Positions 37,117 through 46,309 of a stretch of 58,171 bases of DNA are shown here, one piece after another. Each line of letters begins with the position of its first letter. The stretch's first letter is position 1. The stretch covers positions 1-58,171 of the forward strand of contig WGCQ01000014.1 in assembly GCA_015493765.1 (NCBI GenBank), given 5' to 3'. The position numbers were made by a program, and so were the translations under genes. The notes under the pieces are model-generated. The model was given only the letters and a program-made list of their open reading frames with translations. It had not been told where the DNA came from and searched no databases. The stretch comes from Deltaproteobacteria bacterium (lineage in GTDB: Bacteria; Myxococcota_A; UBA9042; DTJE01; S145-11).

Positions 37117-38969
37117 TTCGCCTCCCGGTCGATCTTGCGCAACAACTGTTCCACCTGTCCAATCACCTTGTCCACGGACATGTTTGCAGCAGCGGCCGGT
37201 GCAAACCGGACGAACGATATGGATTCGAGTTGTTCCGAAAGCCCGCGGATCGTTTCCCGGTCCAGTCCGGAATCCTCCAGGCCCTTTTGCATACCGCCGT
37301 TCGTGTCGTTCATGGCAATCCCCAGCCGTTCGTTCATGAATGTACGTATTACGCGTTCGATTTCGCCGTACACGTCAGCCGATCCCTGTTTTTTCAGTTC
37401 CTGGAGCCTGGTAATCGCCTTTTTCAATGCCTGGGCACGCCTGTATGCCGCAGGGTCCCGCAAACGACGCGAGAGAGCGACATTCCGGGCCTCCACGGAC
37501 AAATAAAAGACCAATGGGAGGGCGAAAAGGACCCACATAGCCGTCCTGGGTAAAGGACGTGCCCGTTTGTGGTGCTCCGGCAGAAACCGGGATAGTATCG
37601 GAATCACCATGTGCTCGTTGCCCTGTGACCGGGCAACCACGCCGCCGCCTGCCTTTGTCACCAGCAACGTTACAGGTTTGCTGTGTTCCACCTCGAATTT
37701 CCTGGCCAGCGGGTTGTACATGCCCAGTTGCAGCGCCGGGATCGTGTATTTCCCTACGCTTGAGGGCGTGATCAGGTACTGGAACACCCTCTTGCCCGCC
37801 AGGCCGCCCAGACCGGGCCTGACATCGTCCATATCCCTGGATGGCAGGACCTCCACCCGTAAACCCGGGTCTGTTTTGACCATTGGGCGTTTCACGGAAT
37901 TCAGGGAGCCGGAACCGGATATGGTTACGGTCAGCACCGTGGACTCGCCGACCTTAACCCTTGGCTTTGACAGCGACGCCTTGATGCGAAACTGGCCTAC
38001 CAGCCCGTAATAGCCGTCAGGCCTGCCCGCCTGGGGCACCTGTTTGACGTTTATCGTCACAGCACGGCTGGTCACCATGTAGGGCCTGGCAGTCATGAAA
38101 CGCTGGATGTACAGCCTGACCTTCATCTGGTCAACCTGCAACTGGCCGGCACGTATGGGTGTCAGTACGGCCCTGTACTCCGGGTACACCCTGTACTGAA
38201 CGTCCTGTACCTGGCGCAGGGTGCCGCTGCCCTGGTTCGTGTTCAGGGTTTGCGCCACAACGCCCTGGAAATTCGGGCTGTGTACCATGTCGGCATCGGT
38301 GGCGTCCAGGTCGGCCCGTATGTAGAGGTCGTATTCCACGTAAAACGGCTCGCCCACGTACACCTCCCGTGTCGGTGCTGTCACGTGAATGAAAAACGGT
38401 TTGCCCTTGTGCGCCTGGATCGATGGCACCGGCATCTGGGGGATCTGGATATTGAAGCCCGGTATCTGGATCTGGGGCATTCCTGGGATTTGAATTTGTG
38501 GCACGGAGGGCTGGGGCACACTTGGCCCTGCGGGATTCGACGGCGCCTTTGGTCCCGGTTGGTAGCCGTGTGCACTGGGCAGCACGGTCACCTGGATGGG
38601 ATTGCTCTGCGCAATGACCTTGCCGTCCTTCAGCAATTTTATTGGCCCGATGGTCAGTTTCCCGGTACGCCTGGCCGCCAACGTGATCTGAACCTGCTGC
38701 TGCCGGCTGACCTGGCCGTTGATGATCGATATGGAGGTGGATCGACTGGTCCCCAGGCGGTCGAAATCGTTCATGGCCGGCAGTTCGATCTGGTCAAAGC
38801 TACCGCTTGCAGTGATCAGCAGCGTGATGTACTGCTCCTGATAGACGCGCGAACGGTCCACCCTGGCCGTGATACTGCCCTTGCCATATACCTGCCCACA
38901 AGCCATGAGCGTAAACACGACCAGGCCCGACATCGCAAGCAGAAAATTTGTATGTCTGCATCCCTTCAT
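37113..38969 (-). CDS. batD: BatD-like oxygen-tolerance protein
   Basis: 618 aa with a signal peptide, repeated beta-sandwich-like regions and a C-terminal TM helix. There are 4-nt overlaps with the neighbouring genes. Position is as in Bat operons. Confidence 0.7.
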   Translation of the reverse strand: MKGCRHTNFLLAMSGLVVFTLMACGQVYGKGSITARVDRSRVYQEQYITLLITASGSFDQIELPAMNDFDRLGTSRSTSISIINGQVSRQQQVQITLAARRTGKLTIGPIKLLKDGKVIAQSNPIQVTVLPSAHGYQPGPKAPSNPAGPSVPQPSVPQIQIPGMPQIQIPGFNIQIPQMPVPSIQAHKGKPFFIHVTAPTREVYVGEPFYVEYDLYIRADLDATDADMVHSPNFQGVVAQTLNTNQGSGTLRQVQDVQYRVYPEYRAVLTPIRAGQLQVDQMKVRLYIQRFMTARPYMVTSRAVTINVKQVPQAGRPDGYYGLVGQFRIKASLSKPRVKVGESTVLTVTISGSGSLNSVKRPMVKTDPGLRVEVLPSRDMDDVRPGLGGLAGKRVFQYLITPSSVGKYTIPALQLGMYNPLARKFEVEHSKPVTLLVTKAGGGVVARSQGNEHMVIPILSRFLPEHHKRARPLPRTAMWVLFALPLVFYLSVEARNVALSRRLRDPAAYRRAQALKKAITRLQELKKQGSADVYGEIERVIRTFMNERLGIAMNDTNGGMQKGLEDSGLDRETIRGLSEQLESISFVRFAPAAAANMSVDKVIGQVEQLLRKIDREAK

Positions 38970-39014
38970 AGGGCAAATATAACCTAAATCACCACCATTT
39001 GAAAATCACCCGAA

Positions 39015-41516
39015 TCACCAGTCCTTCTGGGGCATGTAATTACGTACCTTGAACCGCTTCAACGCATCCTTTGCCTGGATGTTTTCCGGATTTTTGTCCA
39101 GTTGTTTCATCAACTGCTCCACGGCCTGGCGGTCCTGTTGCTTGTTTTGCTTTTTCTTCTGTTTCTTTTGTTTTTTGTTCCTGTTTTTATTGTTTTTGCG
39201 CTTATTTTTCTTGTTTTTGTTCTTATTTCTGTTGTTTTTATTCTGCTTTTGTTGGTTTTTGCCCTTGCCTTTGCCCACCTGGACCTGGTAAAAACCCTGG
39301 TCCCCGTCCTGTCCGTGTACATCCAGCAGGAACTTCTGAGCCGCTGCCTTCTGTTTTTTGATGTGGAAGATAAACGCCTCGCCCTGCTCGTTGCTGACGT
39401 GTTTCGGGGGCTGCACGTTGGCCTGCGCATCGTACAGCGTGACACTCAGCGGCCCCTGGCCCTTGGGCACCAGCACGCTCACATCCTGGCCCTGGCCCTT
39501 GGGCACGTTTATGGAAAAATAGTCCGGGTCATTCGGGCAAATGCGCAGCATGTGTTTACCCTGCTTCAGGGGTTTGGCCGTATCCAGGCTGTCGTTGTCC
39601 TCGAACTTGTCATCGCCCTGGGGACATGGCGGTACCACCTGGACACTCAGTTTATACGGCGCACCGTCCTCAGGCACACCCTTGGGCAACACGTGAATGA
39701 ACACGGTGCCGTCCTTTTGCATGGTCAACATGGCCTGCTGTGACGGCCCTTCCTTCCTTGCGCCTTCTATACGGAAATCCGGCGTGAAGCCCTTTTTCTT
39801 TTTGGCCTGCGTATTGACCATCAACGTCTCGCCCGCGTTCATGGGCAGTTTGAAAAAGTCAGGGTCGTTCGGACACAGGTACAGCATCATCCGGGCCTGG
39901 CCCGTCTTGGGATTTAGTTTGATAAATCTTGCCTCATCCCGGCTGTTGTTCGGCTCCTGGCCGTCCTCCATGCTCTTGCACGGCGGATACCCGCCGATGG
40001 CCGCGACCTCCAGGTTGTAACGCGCCGCCTTGTTTCCCGGGTCGTATTGCAGCGCCCTGGTCAAGGCATCCACCGCTGCCCTGTAACGCTTGAGCACCTC
40101 CTCGCGGTCCTTTTTTTTCTTTTGCATGGCCTGGGCCTGCTTGATCAATGTCGTGCCCTTTGCGTAATAAAATTTGCTCAGGGCCTTGGGGTCCTGCTTT
40201 TGCAAGTGGCTGATGGCAAACTCAAAACTTTTGATCGCATCGTCGAATTTCCGGTTTTTTGCCTGGATCAGGCCCTTGTCGTAGGCCAGCCATGGGGACG
40301 GAGGCAGTTTTTTTTGTGCCTGTTCAATGGTTTTCAATGCATCCCCGTACTTGCCCTGGGCATACAACCGGGCTGCCCTGGCCACGTCAGGCTGCTGTTT
40401 CTGCAAAAAGCCCTGGGCCTCGGCCCTGCCTGCCACCAGGGAGATTAGCAGCATTGCCACTGCGACGCCGCGCTTGCGCAAAGGCATCACCAACAGCATC
40501 AACAGCAGCAGCACCGCCAGGCCCAGGGGGTACTGGAAGCGGTCCTCCAACAGGCTGCGCACCCGGTGTACGTATTCGATCTTTTCCAGTTCCTGCAACC
40601 GTTTGTAGATTTGTTTTGACACGTCCCCGCCGCCGGACAGGGAAAAATACTCGCCCCCCGTGATGTTTGCGATGTTTTTCAGCAGTTTCTCGTTCAGTTT
40701 CGAGATCACCGGTGTCTTGCCGTCCTTTTCCCGTTGCACGCCGACCACCTTGCCCGATTTGTCCAGTCGTGGCACAGGCTTGCCCGAGGGTGTGCCCACG
40801 CCCACCGTGAACACCTTCACGTGTTCCCTGGCCAGTTTTTTTGCCACGGCAACCGGGTCGCCCTCGAAGTTTTCCCCGTCCGTGAACATGACCACGGCCT
40901 TGTTCAGGCTGCCCTTGTATTTGCCTACCCTGTGTTTTCGGCCCAGCCCCAGTGCCCGCCTGGCCGTATTCAACGCCCTGCCTATCGCAGTTCCCGGAAC
41001 CGGCATGTCCGTCACCTTCAGCGCGGCCAGGTACTGGCGTATCACCTCGTAATCCACGGTCAACGGGGTCTGGATGTATGCCAGGCCTGCAAAAGGCACC
41101 AAGGTCACGCGGTCGCCTTTCATCTGGTCCAGCAGCCGGTCCACCTGTACGATTGCACCCCGCAGCCTGTCCGGCACCACGTCCTTTGCCAGCATCGAGC
41201 GGCTCACGTCCACAACCACTGCCACGTCCACGCCAGCGCCGGGCACTGCCACGTCCTTCAGCCCGTACCTGGGCCGCATCAACGCCACGACAAACAGGGA
41301 CATGACCACCACCATGCCCAGCCAGTACACGGCCAGCCTGAAGCCCGACACACCCGGTGCCATGCGCCGAAACAGGCCCTTTGCCGGGATTGCGGCCAGC
41401 ATACGCCGCCTGAATCCCAGGTACAGGAAAAACAAGACCAGCACCAGGCCGGGCACCACGAACAGCCAGGCCGCACCCGGATTTTCCCACACCAATAATG
41501 CAAGGAAGTCCCTCAT
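39015..41516 (-). CDS. batB: BatB/BatC-like VWA + TPR protein with two PPC-like domains and a polybasic K/N/Q tail
   Basis: 833 aa. Two N-terminal TM helices precede a VWA MIDAS motif VVDVSRSM and TPR repeats. Two paralogous modules read LCPNDPDFFKLPMNAGETLMV and ICPNDPDYFSINVPKGQGQDVSV. The tail is GKGKGKNQQKQNKNNRNKNKNKKNKRKNNKNRNKKQKKQKKKQNKQQ. Confidence 0.8.
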   Translation of the reverse strand: MRDFLALLVWENPGAAWLFVVPGLVLVLFFLYLGFRRRMLAAIPAKGLFRRMAPGVSGFRLAVYWLGMVVVMSLFVVALMRPRYGLKDVAVPGAGVDVAVVVDVSRSMLAKDVVPDRLRGAIVQVDRLLDQMKGDRVTLVPFAGLAYIQTPLTVDYEVIRQYLAALKVTDMPVPGTAIGRALNTARRALGLGRKHRVGKYKGSLNKAVVMFTDGENFEGDPVAVAKKLAREHVKVFTVGVGTPSGKPVPRLDKSGKVVGVQREKDGKTPVISKLNEKLLKNIANITGGEYFSLSGGGDVSKQIYKRLQELEKIEYVHRVRSLLEDRFQYPLGLAVLLLLMLLVMPLRKRGVAVAMLLISLVAGRAEAQGFLQKQQPDVARAARLYAQGKYGDALKTIEQAQKKLPPSPWLAYDKGLIQAKNRKFDDAIKSFEFAISHLQKQDPKALSKFYYAKGTTLIKQAQAMQKKKKDREEVLKRYRAAVDALTRALQYDPGNKAARYNLEVAAIGGYPPCKSMEDGQEPNNSRDEARFIKLNPKTGQARMMLYLCPNDPDFFKLPMNAGETLMVNTQAKKKKGFTPDFRIEGARKEGPSQQAMLTMQKDGTVFIHVLPKGVPEDGAPYKLSVQVVPPCPQGDDKFEDNDSLDTAKPLKQGKHMLRICPNDPDYFSINVPKGQGQDVSVLVPKGQGPLSVTLYDAQANVQPPKHVSNEQGEAFIFHIKKQKAAAQKFLLDVHGQDGDQGFYQVQVGKGKGKNQQKQNKNNRNKNKNKKNKRKNNKNRNKKQKKQKKKQNKQQDRQAVEQLMKQLDKNPENIQAKDALKRFKVRNYMPQKDW

Positions 41517-42619
41517 GGAAACCTCCTGTAGATCGTCAATTCCAGTAACCCGCCCAGTGCCAGCAAGGCAAATGCCAGGCCCACCAGCGGCACGAACGCC
41601 TCGTCATACGTCCTGACCCTGGGCATCTTGAATTCCGTCTTGGCCAGCTTGGCAAATGTCCTGCGGAAGTCCGATGCCTTTGCGGTCCTGAAAAACTTGC
41701 CGTGCGTCATCTTTGATATTTTGGCCAGCAGTTTGGGGTTGACATCCATGGGCTGTTTGGGCTCCTGGTACATCAGCAGCCCGTTATTGTCACGCATGAA
41801 TCCCCCGGTAAACGGGTTGATAACAGGCATGTACGTGTATTTCGGCGAGCCCACCAAAAACGAAAACACCCGGGCCCGCTTGTTTTTCGGCTGGTCGGCA
41901 ATGTATTTGGCCACGGTTTCGGGCTGGATCTTGCCCGCATTGTTTGCCCCGTCCGTGATCAGGATGATGTTCTTGCTCTTTGCCTTGGAGTCCCGCAGGC
42001 GGTTGTAGGCCTTTGCCAGGGCATCGCCGATCGCGGTGGCGCTGCCCGGGATCGTACAGTCGTTCAGGCATCCGCCCTGGCCGTTGCGCCTGCCGTCGTC
42101 CAGGACCAGGCCGTCCAGGATGTCGAAGATCGCATCGTAATCCAGTGTCGGCGGGAACATCAGGTATGCCTTTTTTGCGAATATCACCAGCCCGATCCGG
42201 TCCTCTGACCTGGACAGGATGAAGCGCTTGATCGTGCTGATCGCCAGTTTGAACCGGTTCGGCGGCTCCTTGCCCATGGCGTGGTACGCCTGGATCCGGG
42301 CCGGCGACATGTCCACCGCGTTCATGGATGCGCTCATGTCCAGCGCGATCATGAAATCCGCGCCCTTGCCGGTCAGCCTGCCGCCGCCGCGTACCTGCGG
42401 CCTGGCCAGCGCGATTACGGCCACTGCCAGGGCGGCCACGAACAAGGCCCTGGGCAGGCGGGGAAAACGATACAGCAGGGGCGTGTCCAGGTGCCTGCGC
42501 CACCCCAATGCCGGGAACCCAAGGAAGGGGTCCCGTTTGTTGCGACGCAACAGGTACCAGCCCAGGGCCGCAACAACGACCTCAAGCAGTAGTATCAGCG
42601 GGTCGTGAAATCTCATCAT
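41513..42619 (-). CDS. batA: BatA-like VWA-domain membrane protein
   Basis: 368 aa with an N-terminal TM helix, the MIDAS motif ALDMSASM, ILITDGANNAG, and a C-terminal TM helix. Confidence 0.85.
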   Translation of the reverse strand: MMRFHDPLILLLEVVVAALGWYLLRRNKRDPFLGFPALGWRRHLDTPLLYRFPRLPRALFVAALAVAVIALARPQVRGGGRLTGKGADFMIALDMSASMNAVDMSPARIQAYHAMGKEPPNRFKLAISTIKRFILSRSEDRIGLVIFAKKAYLMFPPTLDYDAIFDILDGLVLDDGRRNGQGGCLNDCTIPGSATAIGDALAKAYNRLRDSKAKSKNIILITDGANNAGKIQPETVAKYIADQPKNKRARVFSFLVGSPKYTYMPVINPFTGGFMRDNNGLLMYQEPKQPMDVNPKLLAKISKMTHGKFFRTAKASDFRRTFAKLAKTEFKMPRVRTYDEAFVPLVGLAFALLALGGLLELTIYRRFP

Positions 42620-43619
42620 AGCGTTGTTGCACCTTCTGTATCATTTCCCTGACCGAACGGGGCATTTGTGCGATCTCCGCCGGTCCCGGGGTAAAATCCG
42701 CAAACTTTACCATGTCCGTGAAGCCCAGAAACTCCTCCACCTGCACAGGTGTCACCCGCCCCAGGTCCTTGCCCTGCAAATTCTGCATCACCTCCCAGGT
42801 GGTCATCTCGGCCCCTGCGAACCCCAGCATCCTGCCCAGGTACCAGCGCAATATCTCGCTGGTCTCGAATGCGATCACCTTGGCGTTTTCGGGCTGCGGC
42901 GGGTATTTTTCCTCCAGGCGTTTCAAGCGTTTCAGGGCCGTGATGTGTGCAGGCACCGGTGGCGGTGGCGGCCTGTGGGCCTCACGCCAGCGTCGGTAGT
43001 ACGCAAAGGCCAGTGCGCCCAGTATTGCGGCCAGCAGGGCCGCTGCACCCACGATCAGGCCTGTCTTCAAGGGGCGGTTCTGCACCCACACGGGGTGCAG
43101 TTTGCCCAGGGGCTTCAGGTGTACCTCGGTTACGTTGCCCAGTTCGCCTCGCACGCTGAATTTGTAATCGAGCGTCTTGATCAAGGGCACGTCCTGGTCC
43201 GTGGTGTAGGGGACCTCGATGTTTTTCACCTCCATGTCGCCCAGCCTGGGCGCAAAACACACGTAGGAAAAGGTCTCGGTCACCGTGTTGCCTTGCACGG
43301 ACTTTTTCCTGGGCTTTGCACGCAGCAATATCAGGGGCGACAGGTTCGGGTGCCGGTCCAGGAAGACCTTGTAGCCCTTTGGATGTGTGACCCGGATCGT
43401 GAGTGTGAATGGGGTACCCAGCATCACGCTGTCCGGGGCCTTCAGCACGGCCTTCAATTTCGATTTTTCGGGCCTTTTTCGTGTTTTTTCCTGTTTTTTC
43501 TGCGTTTTTTTTGCCTTGGCGGGTGCCTGGGCGTCCCTTGTCACGGGCCGTGCAGACACGGGTCCTGCCAGCATGGACAACAGGGCAATGACCGCCATAT
43601 TGCGGATGCTCAGCGCCAT
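42582..43619 (-). CDS. Bat-operon membrane protein (DUF4381-like position)
   Basis: 345 aa with a signal peptide, a Lys-rich linker, a beta-rich domain, a TM helix (LIVGAAALLAAILGALAFAYY) and a cytoplasmic tail. It lies between the DUF58 and batA genes. Confidence 0.5.
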   Translation of the reverse strand: MALSIRNMAVIALLSMLAGPVSARPVTRDAQAPAKAKKTQKKQEKTRKRPEKSKLKAVLKAPDSVMLGTPFTLTIRVTHPKGYKVFLDRHPNLSPLILLRAKPRKKSVQGNTVTETFSYVCFAPRLGDMEVKNIEVPYTTDQDVPLIKTLDYKFSVRGELGNVTEVHLKPLGKLHPVWVQNRPLKTGLIVGAAALLAAILGALAFAYYRRWREAHRPPPPPVPAHITALKRLKRLEEKYPPQPENAKVIAFETSEILRWYLGRMLGFAGAEMTTWEVMQNLQGKDLGRVTPVQVEEFLGFTDMVKFADFTPGPAEIAQMPRSVREMIQKVQQRYDEISRPADTTA

Positions 43620-44536
43620 TTTGCCCTCCTGCCGCGGAAGAATCCCATCAGGTCCTTGTCAAACGGCCTGTCCGTGGAAAAACGCTGGAACGGGACCCCG
43701 TATTTGCGCAGCATACCGGTGAAGGCCGCTGTCCTGTCCGCCATCCACTGCTCGAACTCGGCCTTGTAGGCGGGCGTGATGCCCACCCATTCGAGACGGC
43801 CTGTTTCCATGTCCCGCATGGGTACCACGCCACCGGGCAACAGGTGGTGTTCGAACGGGTCCTCGAACAGCAAAAAATTGACGTCGTGTTTCTTTGCCAG
43901 GATCTTCAGCGGGCGTTCAAAACCCTCGGCCCACAGGTCGGTCAGTACAAAAATGACGCTGCGCCGCTTCAACACCTTGCCCACGAATTCCAGGGCCTTG
44001 CCCATGTCCGTTGTGCTGGCCTCCATGCGCATGCCCAGCACCTCGCGCACGATCCTGAGGCTGTGGCGCCGGCCCTTCTTGGGCGGGATATAACGCGTCA
44101 CCTGGTCCGCAAATCCCACCAGGCCCACGCGGTCGTTGTTGCGCTGGGCCGCCAGGGCGATGCTGGCTGCACTGAGGGCCGCCAGTTCCCGTTTGCTCAT
44201 CTCGAGCACGTCCGTGCGTGCACCGGTCTTGTACTCGGCACTGGACAAGCCGAAGTCCATGCTGGCCGAGGCATCCGCCACCAGCACGATGTTCAACTCG
44301 CGCTCCTCGACGAATTCCTTGACATAGGGCTGGTTCGTGCGTGCGGTCACGTTCCAGTCGATGAAGCGGACCTCGTCCCCGGGCTCGTACTGCCGCACGC
44401 TGTCGAAACTCATGCCCCGGCCCTTGAAAACGGACAGGTACGTGCCTGCCAGTTGTTCGTTCACCAGTTTTTGCGCAGTGATCTCGATTCGCCGGATCCT
44501 GCGCAAGAGTTCTTTTGTGTCCAGACCTTCAGCCAT
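43610..44536 (-). CDS. DUF58-family protein (MoxR-associated, VWA-like)
   Basis: The ATG at 44536 (MAEGLDTKELLRRIRRIEI) precedes YEPGDEVRFIDWNVTART, the DUF58 signature. The start overlaps the moxR stop (TGATG). Confidence 0.85.
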   Translation of the reverse strand: MAEGLDTKELLRRIRRIEITAQKLVNEQLAGTYLSVFKGRGMSFDSVRQYEPGDEVRFIDWNVTARTNQPYVKEFVEERELNIVLVADASASMDFGLSSAEYKTGARTDVLEMSKRELAALSAASIALAAQRNNDRVGLVGFADQVTRYIPPKKGRRHSLRIVREVLGMRMEASTTDMGKALEFVGKVLKRRSVIFVLTDLWAEGFERPLKILAKKHDVNFLLFEDPFEHHLLPGGVVPMRDMETGRLEWVGITPAYKAEFEQWMADRTAAFTGMLRKYGVPFQRFSTDRPFDKDLMGFFRGRRAKWR

Positions 44537-45525
44537 CAAGGCACCTCAACGGATTCCAGCAGTTTCTGCACCACGTCGTCCGAACTGAGGTCCTCTGCCT
44601 CTGCCTCGTAGTTCAGGATCACGCGGTGACGCAGCACGTCGGGCGCCACGGCCTTCACGTCCTCGGGGATCACGTAGCCTCGGTGACGCAGGAATGCATG
44701 GGCCGTGGCCGCGCTGCGCAGGTAGATCGTGGCCCTGGGTGATGCGCCGTAACGTATGTACGAGGCCAGTTCCTTTGCGCCGTACTGGTCCGGGAAACGG
44801 GTGGCAAAGACCAGGTCCACGATGTAGCGCTTGAGTTTTTCGTCGAAATAAACCTGCTTTATCACCTCGCGTGCCTTCAGTATCTTTTCCGGTGTCAGTA
44901 TCTTGCGTACCTCGGGCACAACGCCGGTCCACATGCGCTCCATCACGTCGTATTCCTCGTCCTTGGTTGGGTACGAGACCTTTACCATCAGCAAGAACCG
45001 GTCCAACTGGGCCTCGGGTAACTGGTACGTGCCCTCCTGCTCGATGGGGTTTTGCGTGGCCATGACCAGGAAGGGCTCGGGCAGGGGGTACGTGGCGTCG
45101 CCTATGGTGACCTGGTGTTCCTGCATGGCCTCCAGCAGGGCGCTCTGGACCTTGGCCGGTGCGCGGTTGACCTCGTCGGCCAGTACCAGGTTGGCAAAGA
45201 CCGGTCCCTTTTTCACCGTGAATTTCCCCGTGACCTGGTTATAGATCATGGTGCCAACCACGTCCGCAGGCAGCAGGTCCGGCGTGAACTGGATCCTGGA
45301 GAACGAGGCGTCCATGACCTGGGCAAGGGTACGTATGGTCAGGGTCTTGGCCAGGCCGGGCACGCCCTGGATCAGCAGGTGTCCCTGCGCCAGCAGGCCG
45401 ATGAATACCCGTTCGATCAGGTTGCGCTGGCCCACGATCACCCTGGACATCTCGGCATAGACCTCGTCCAAAAACGCACCTTCCTTTTTCACCATTTCCG
45501 TCAAAAACGTTACATCCTGGGACAT
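44536..45525 (-). CDS. moxR: MoxR-family AAA+ ATPase
   Basis: The ATG at 45525 follows a GGAGG SD. Walker A-like GVPGLAKT, Walker B LADEVNRAPAK and ATQNPIEQEGTYQLPEAQLDRF are all present. Confidence 0.95.
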   Translation of the reverse strand: MSQDVTFLTEMVKKEGAFLDEVYAEMSRVIVGQRNLIERVFIGLLAQGHLLIQGVPGLAKTLTIRTLAQVMDASFSRIQFTPDLLPADVVGTMIYNQVTGKFTVKKGPVFANLVLADEVNRAPAKVQSALLEAMQEHQVTIGDATYPLPEPFLVMATQNPIEQEGTYQLPEAQLDRFLLMVKVSYPTKDEEYDVMERMWTGVVPEVRKILTPEKILKAREVIKQVYFDEKLKRYIVDLVFATRFPDQYGAKELASYIRYGASPRATIYLRSAATAHAFLRHRGYVIPEDVKAVAPDVLRHRVILNYEAEAEDLSSDDVVQKLLESVEVP

Positions 45526-45778
45526 GTGTACCTCCAAAGGTGTTCAAGGGAAAACTAAGCACCCGTCGCAAAATATCAACCCCATCCTCTCAAAACTATT
45601 CCCGACACGCTGACACTGAATACCACGCCAGCGGTCCGGGCAACAATCAGGCGAAGTCGAGGTTGTTGATTTGATGGCAAATTCAGGGCGGGTTTGGAAC
45701 CAGCCCCTACGAATATTTATTGTGTAAATTCAGTTGGTTACATTACAAGATAAATCTTATGGTTTGTAATATAACGAT

Positions 45779-45873
45779 GGACTCGTAATAAATCAAAATT
45801 GGCAAGATCACATCTAATAAAATCAAAGAGTTAGAAAGGTAGAACGGGCCAAAATCGGACTTTTTACGAGTCC
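45779..45873 (+). repeat. A-type ~95-bp AT-rich element with perfect 10-bp terminal inverted repeats
   Basis: GGACTCGTAA...TTACGAGTCC. It aligns with 7756-7850. Confidence 0.65.
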
Positions 45874-45983
45874 GTCATATAACGACTTTGTAACACTCTC
45901 GAGACCGCCTGCGGTCCGACTACAGTACCATCCATGACATCCGTACTCCACCATGAGTCTTCTTCCTCCCACCACCCCACACA

Positions 45984-46227
45984 GCCGATATGCATCGCAT
46001 ATCAAACTCAAATCCCGGTCCATTACCCAGGCTAATTCCGGAAGAGCCAAAAAATCTTGCAATTCAAAAAACGTTACGAATGCATGTAAATTCGCTGCTA
46101 TGAGCACCAAGTGCTTGTCCTAATTCCCCTTATGCGTTTTGCCAGAATGGACGATTTTGACCCAGGGTTTTGTAACGGCTTGATAAATAAGGTGTTCTAA
46201 AAATAACCTCACATCGAAGATCCCTCA
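45984..46227 (+). repeat. AT-rich dispersed intergenic element, B-type (copy containing the 44-nt module)
   Basis: It aligns with 28638-28843 apart from a 44-nt insertion at 46004-46047, directly after the palindrome GATATGCATCGCATATC. It ends 83 nt upstream of the ATG at 46310. Confidence 0.8.
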
Positions 46228-46309
46228 GGTCAAAATTCAGAGGAGGTATCCGTGATATGGTGTTATAATAGTCTCCTGAAACTATACCAGTAGACTTTAA
46301 AGGGGGATT

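Noticed and set aside
39049-39445. ORFs encoding F/L/C-rich or K/R-rich peptides over the A-rich tract
   Set aside because: These are alternative-frame and antisense readings of the low-complexity region that encodes the BatB-like polybasic tail.
42624-43769. 381-aa plus-strand ORF across the Bat operon. The ORFs at 36349-37506, 40387-41490, 40734-41498 and 43844-44611 are similar cases.
   Set aside because: All lie opposite, or out of frame with, the coherent, overlapping-stop/start minus-strand Bat genes that carry VWA/MIDAS, DUF58 and AAA+ motifs.
45823-46110. 95-aa minus-strand ORF in the 770-bp intergenic region
   Set aside because: It lies across the A-to-B repeat elements, whose other copies do not keep the frame open. 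It is more likely non-coding.
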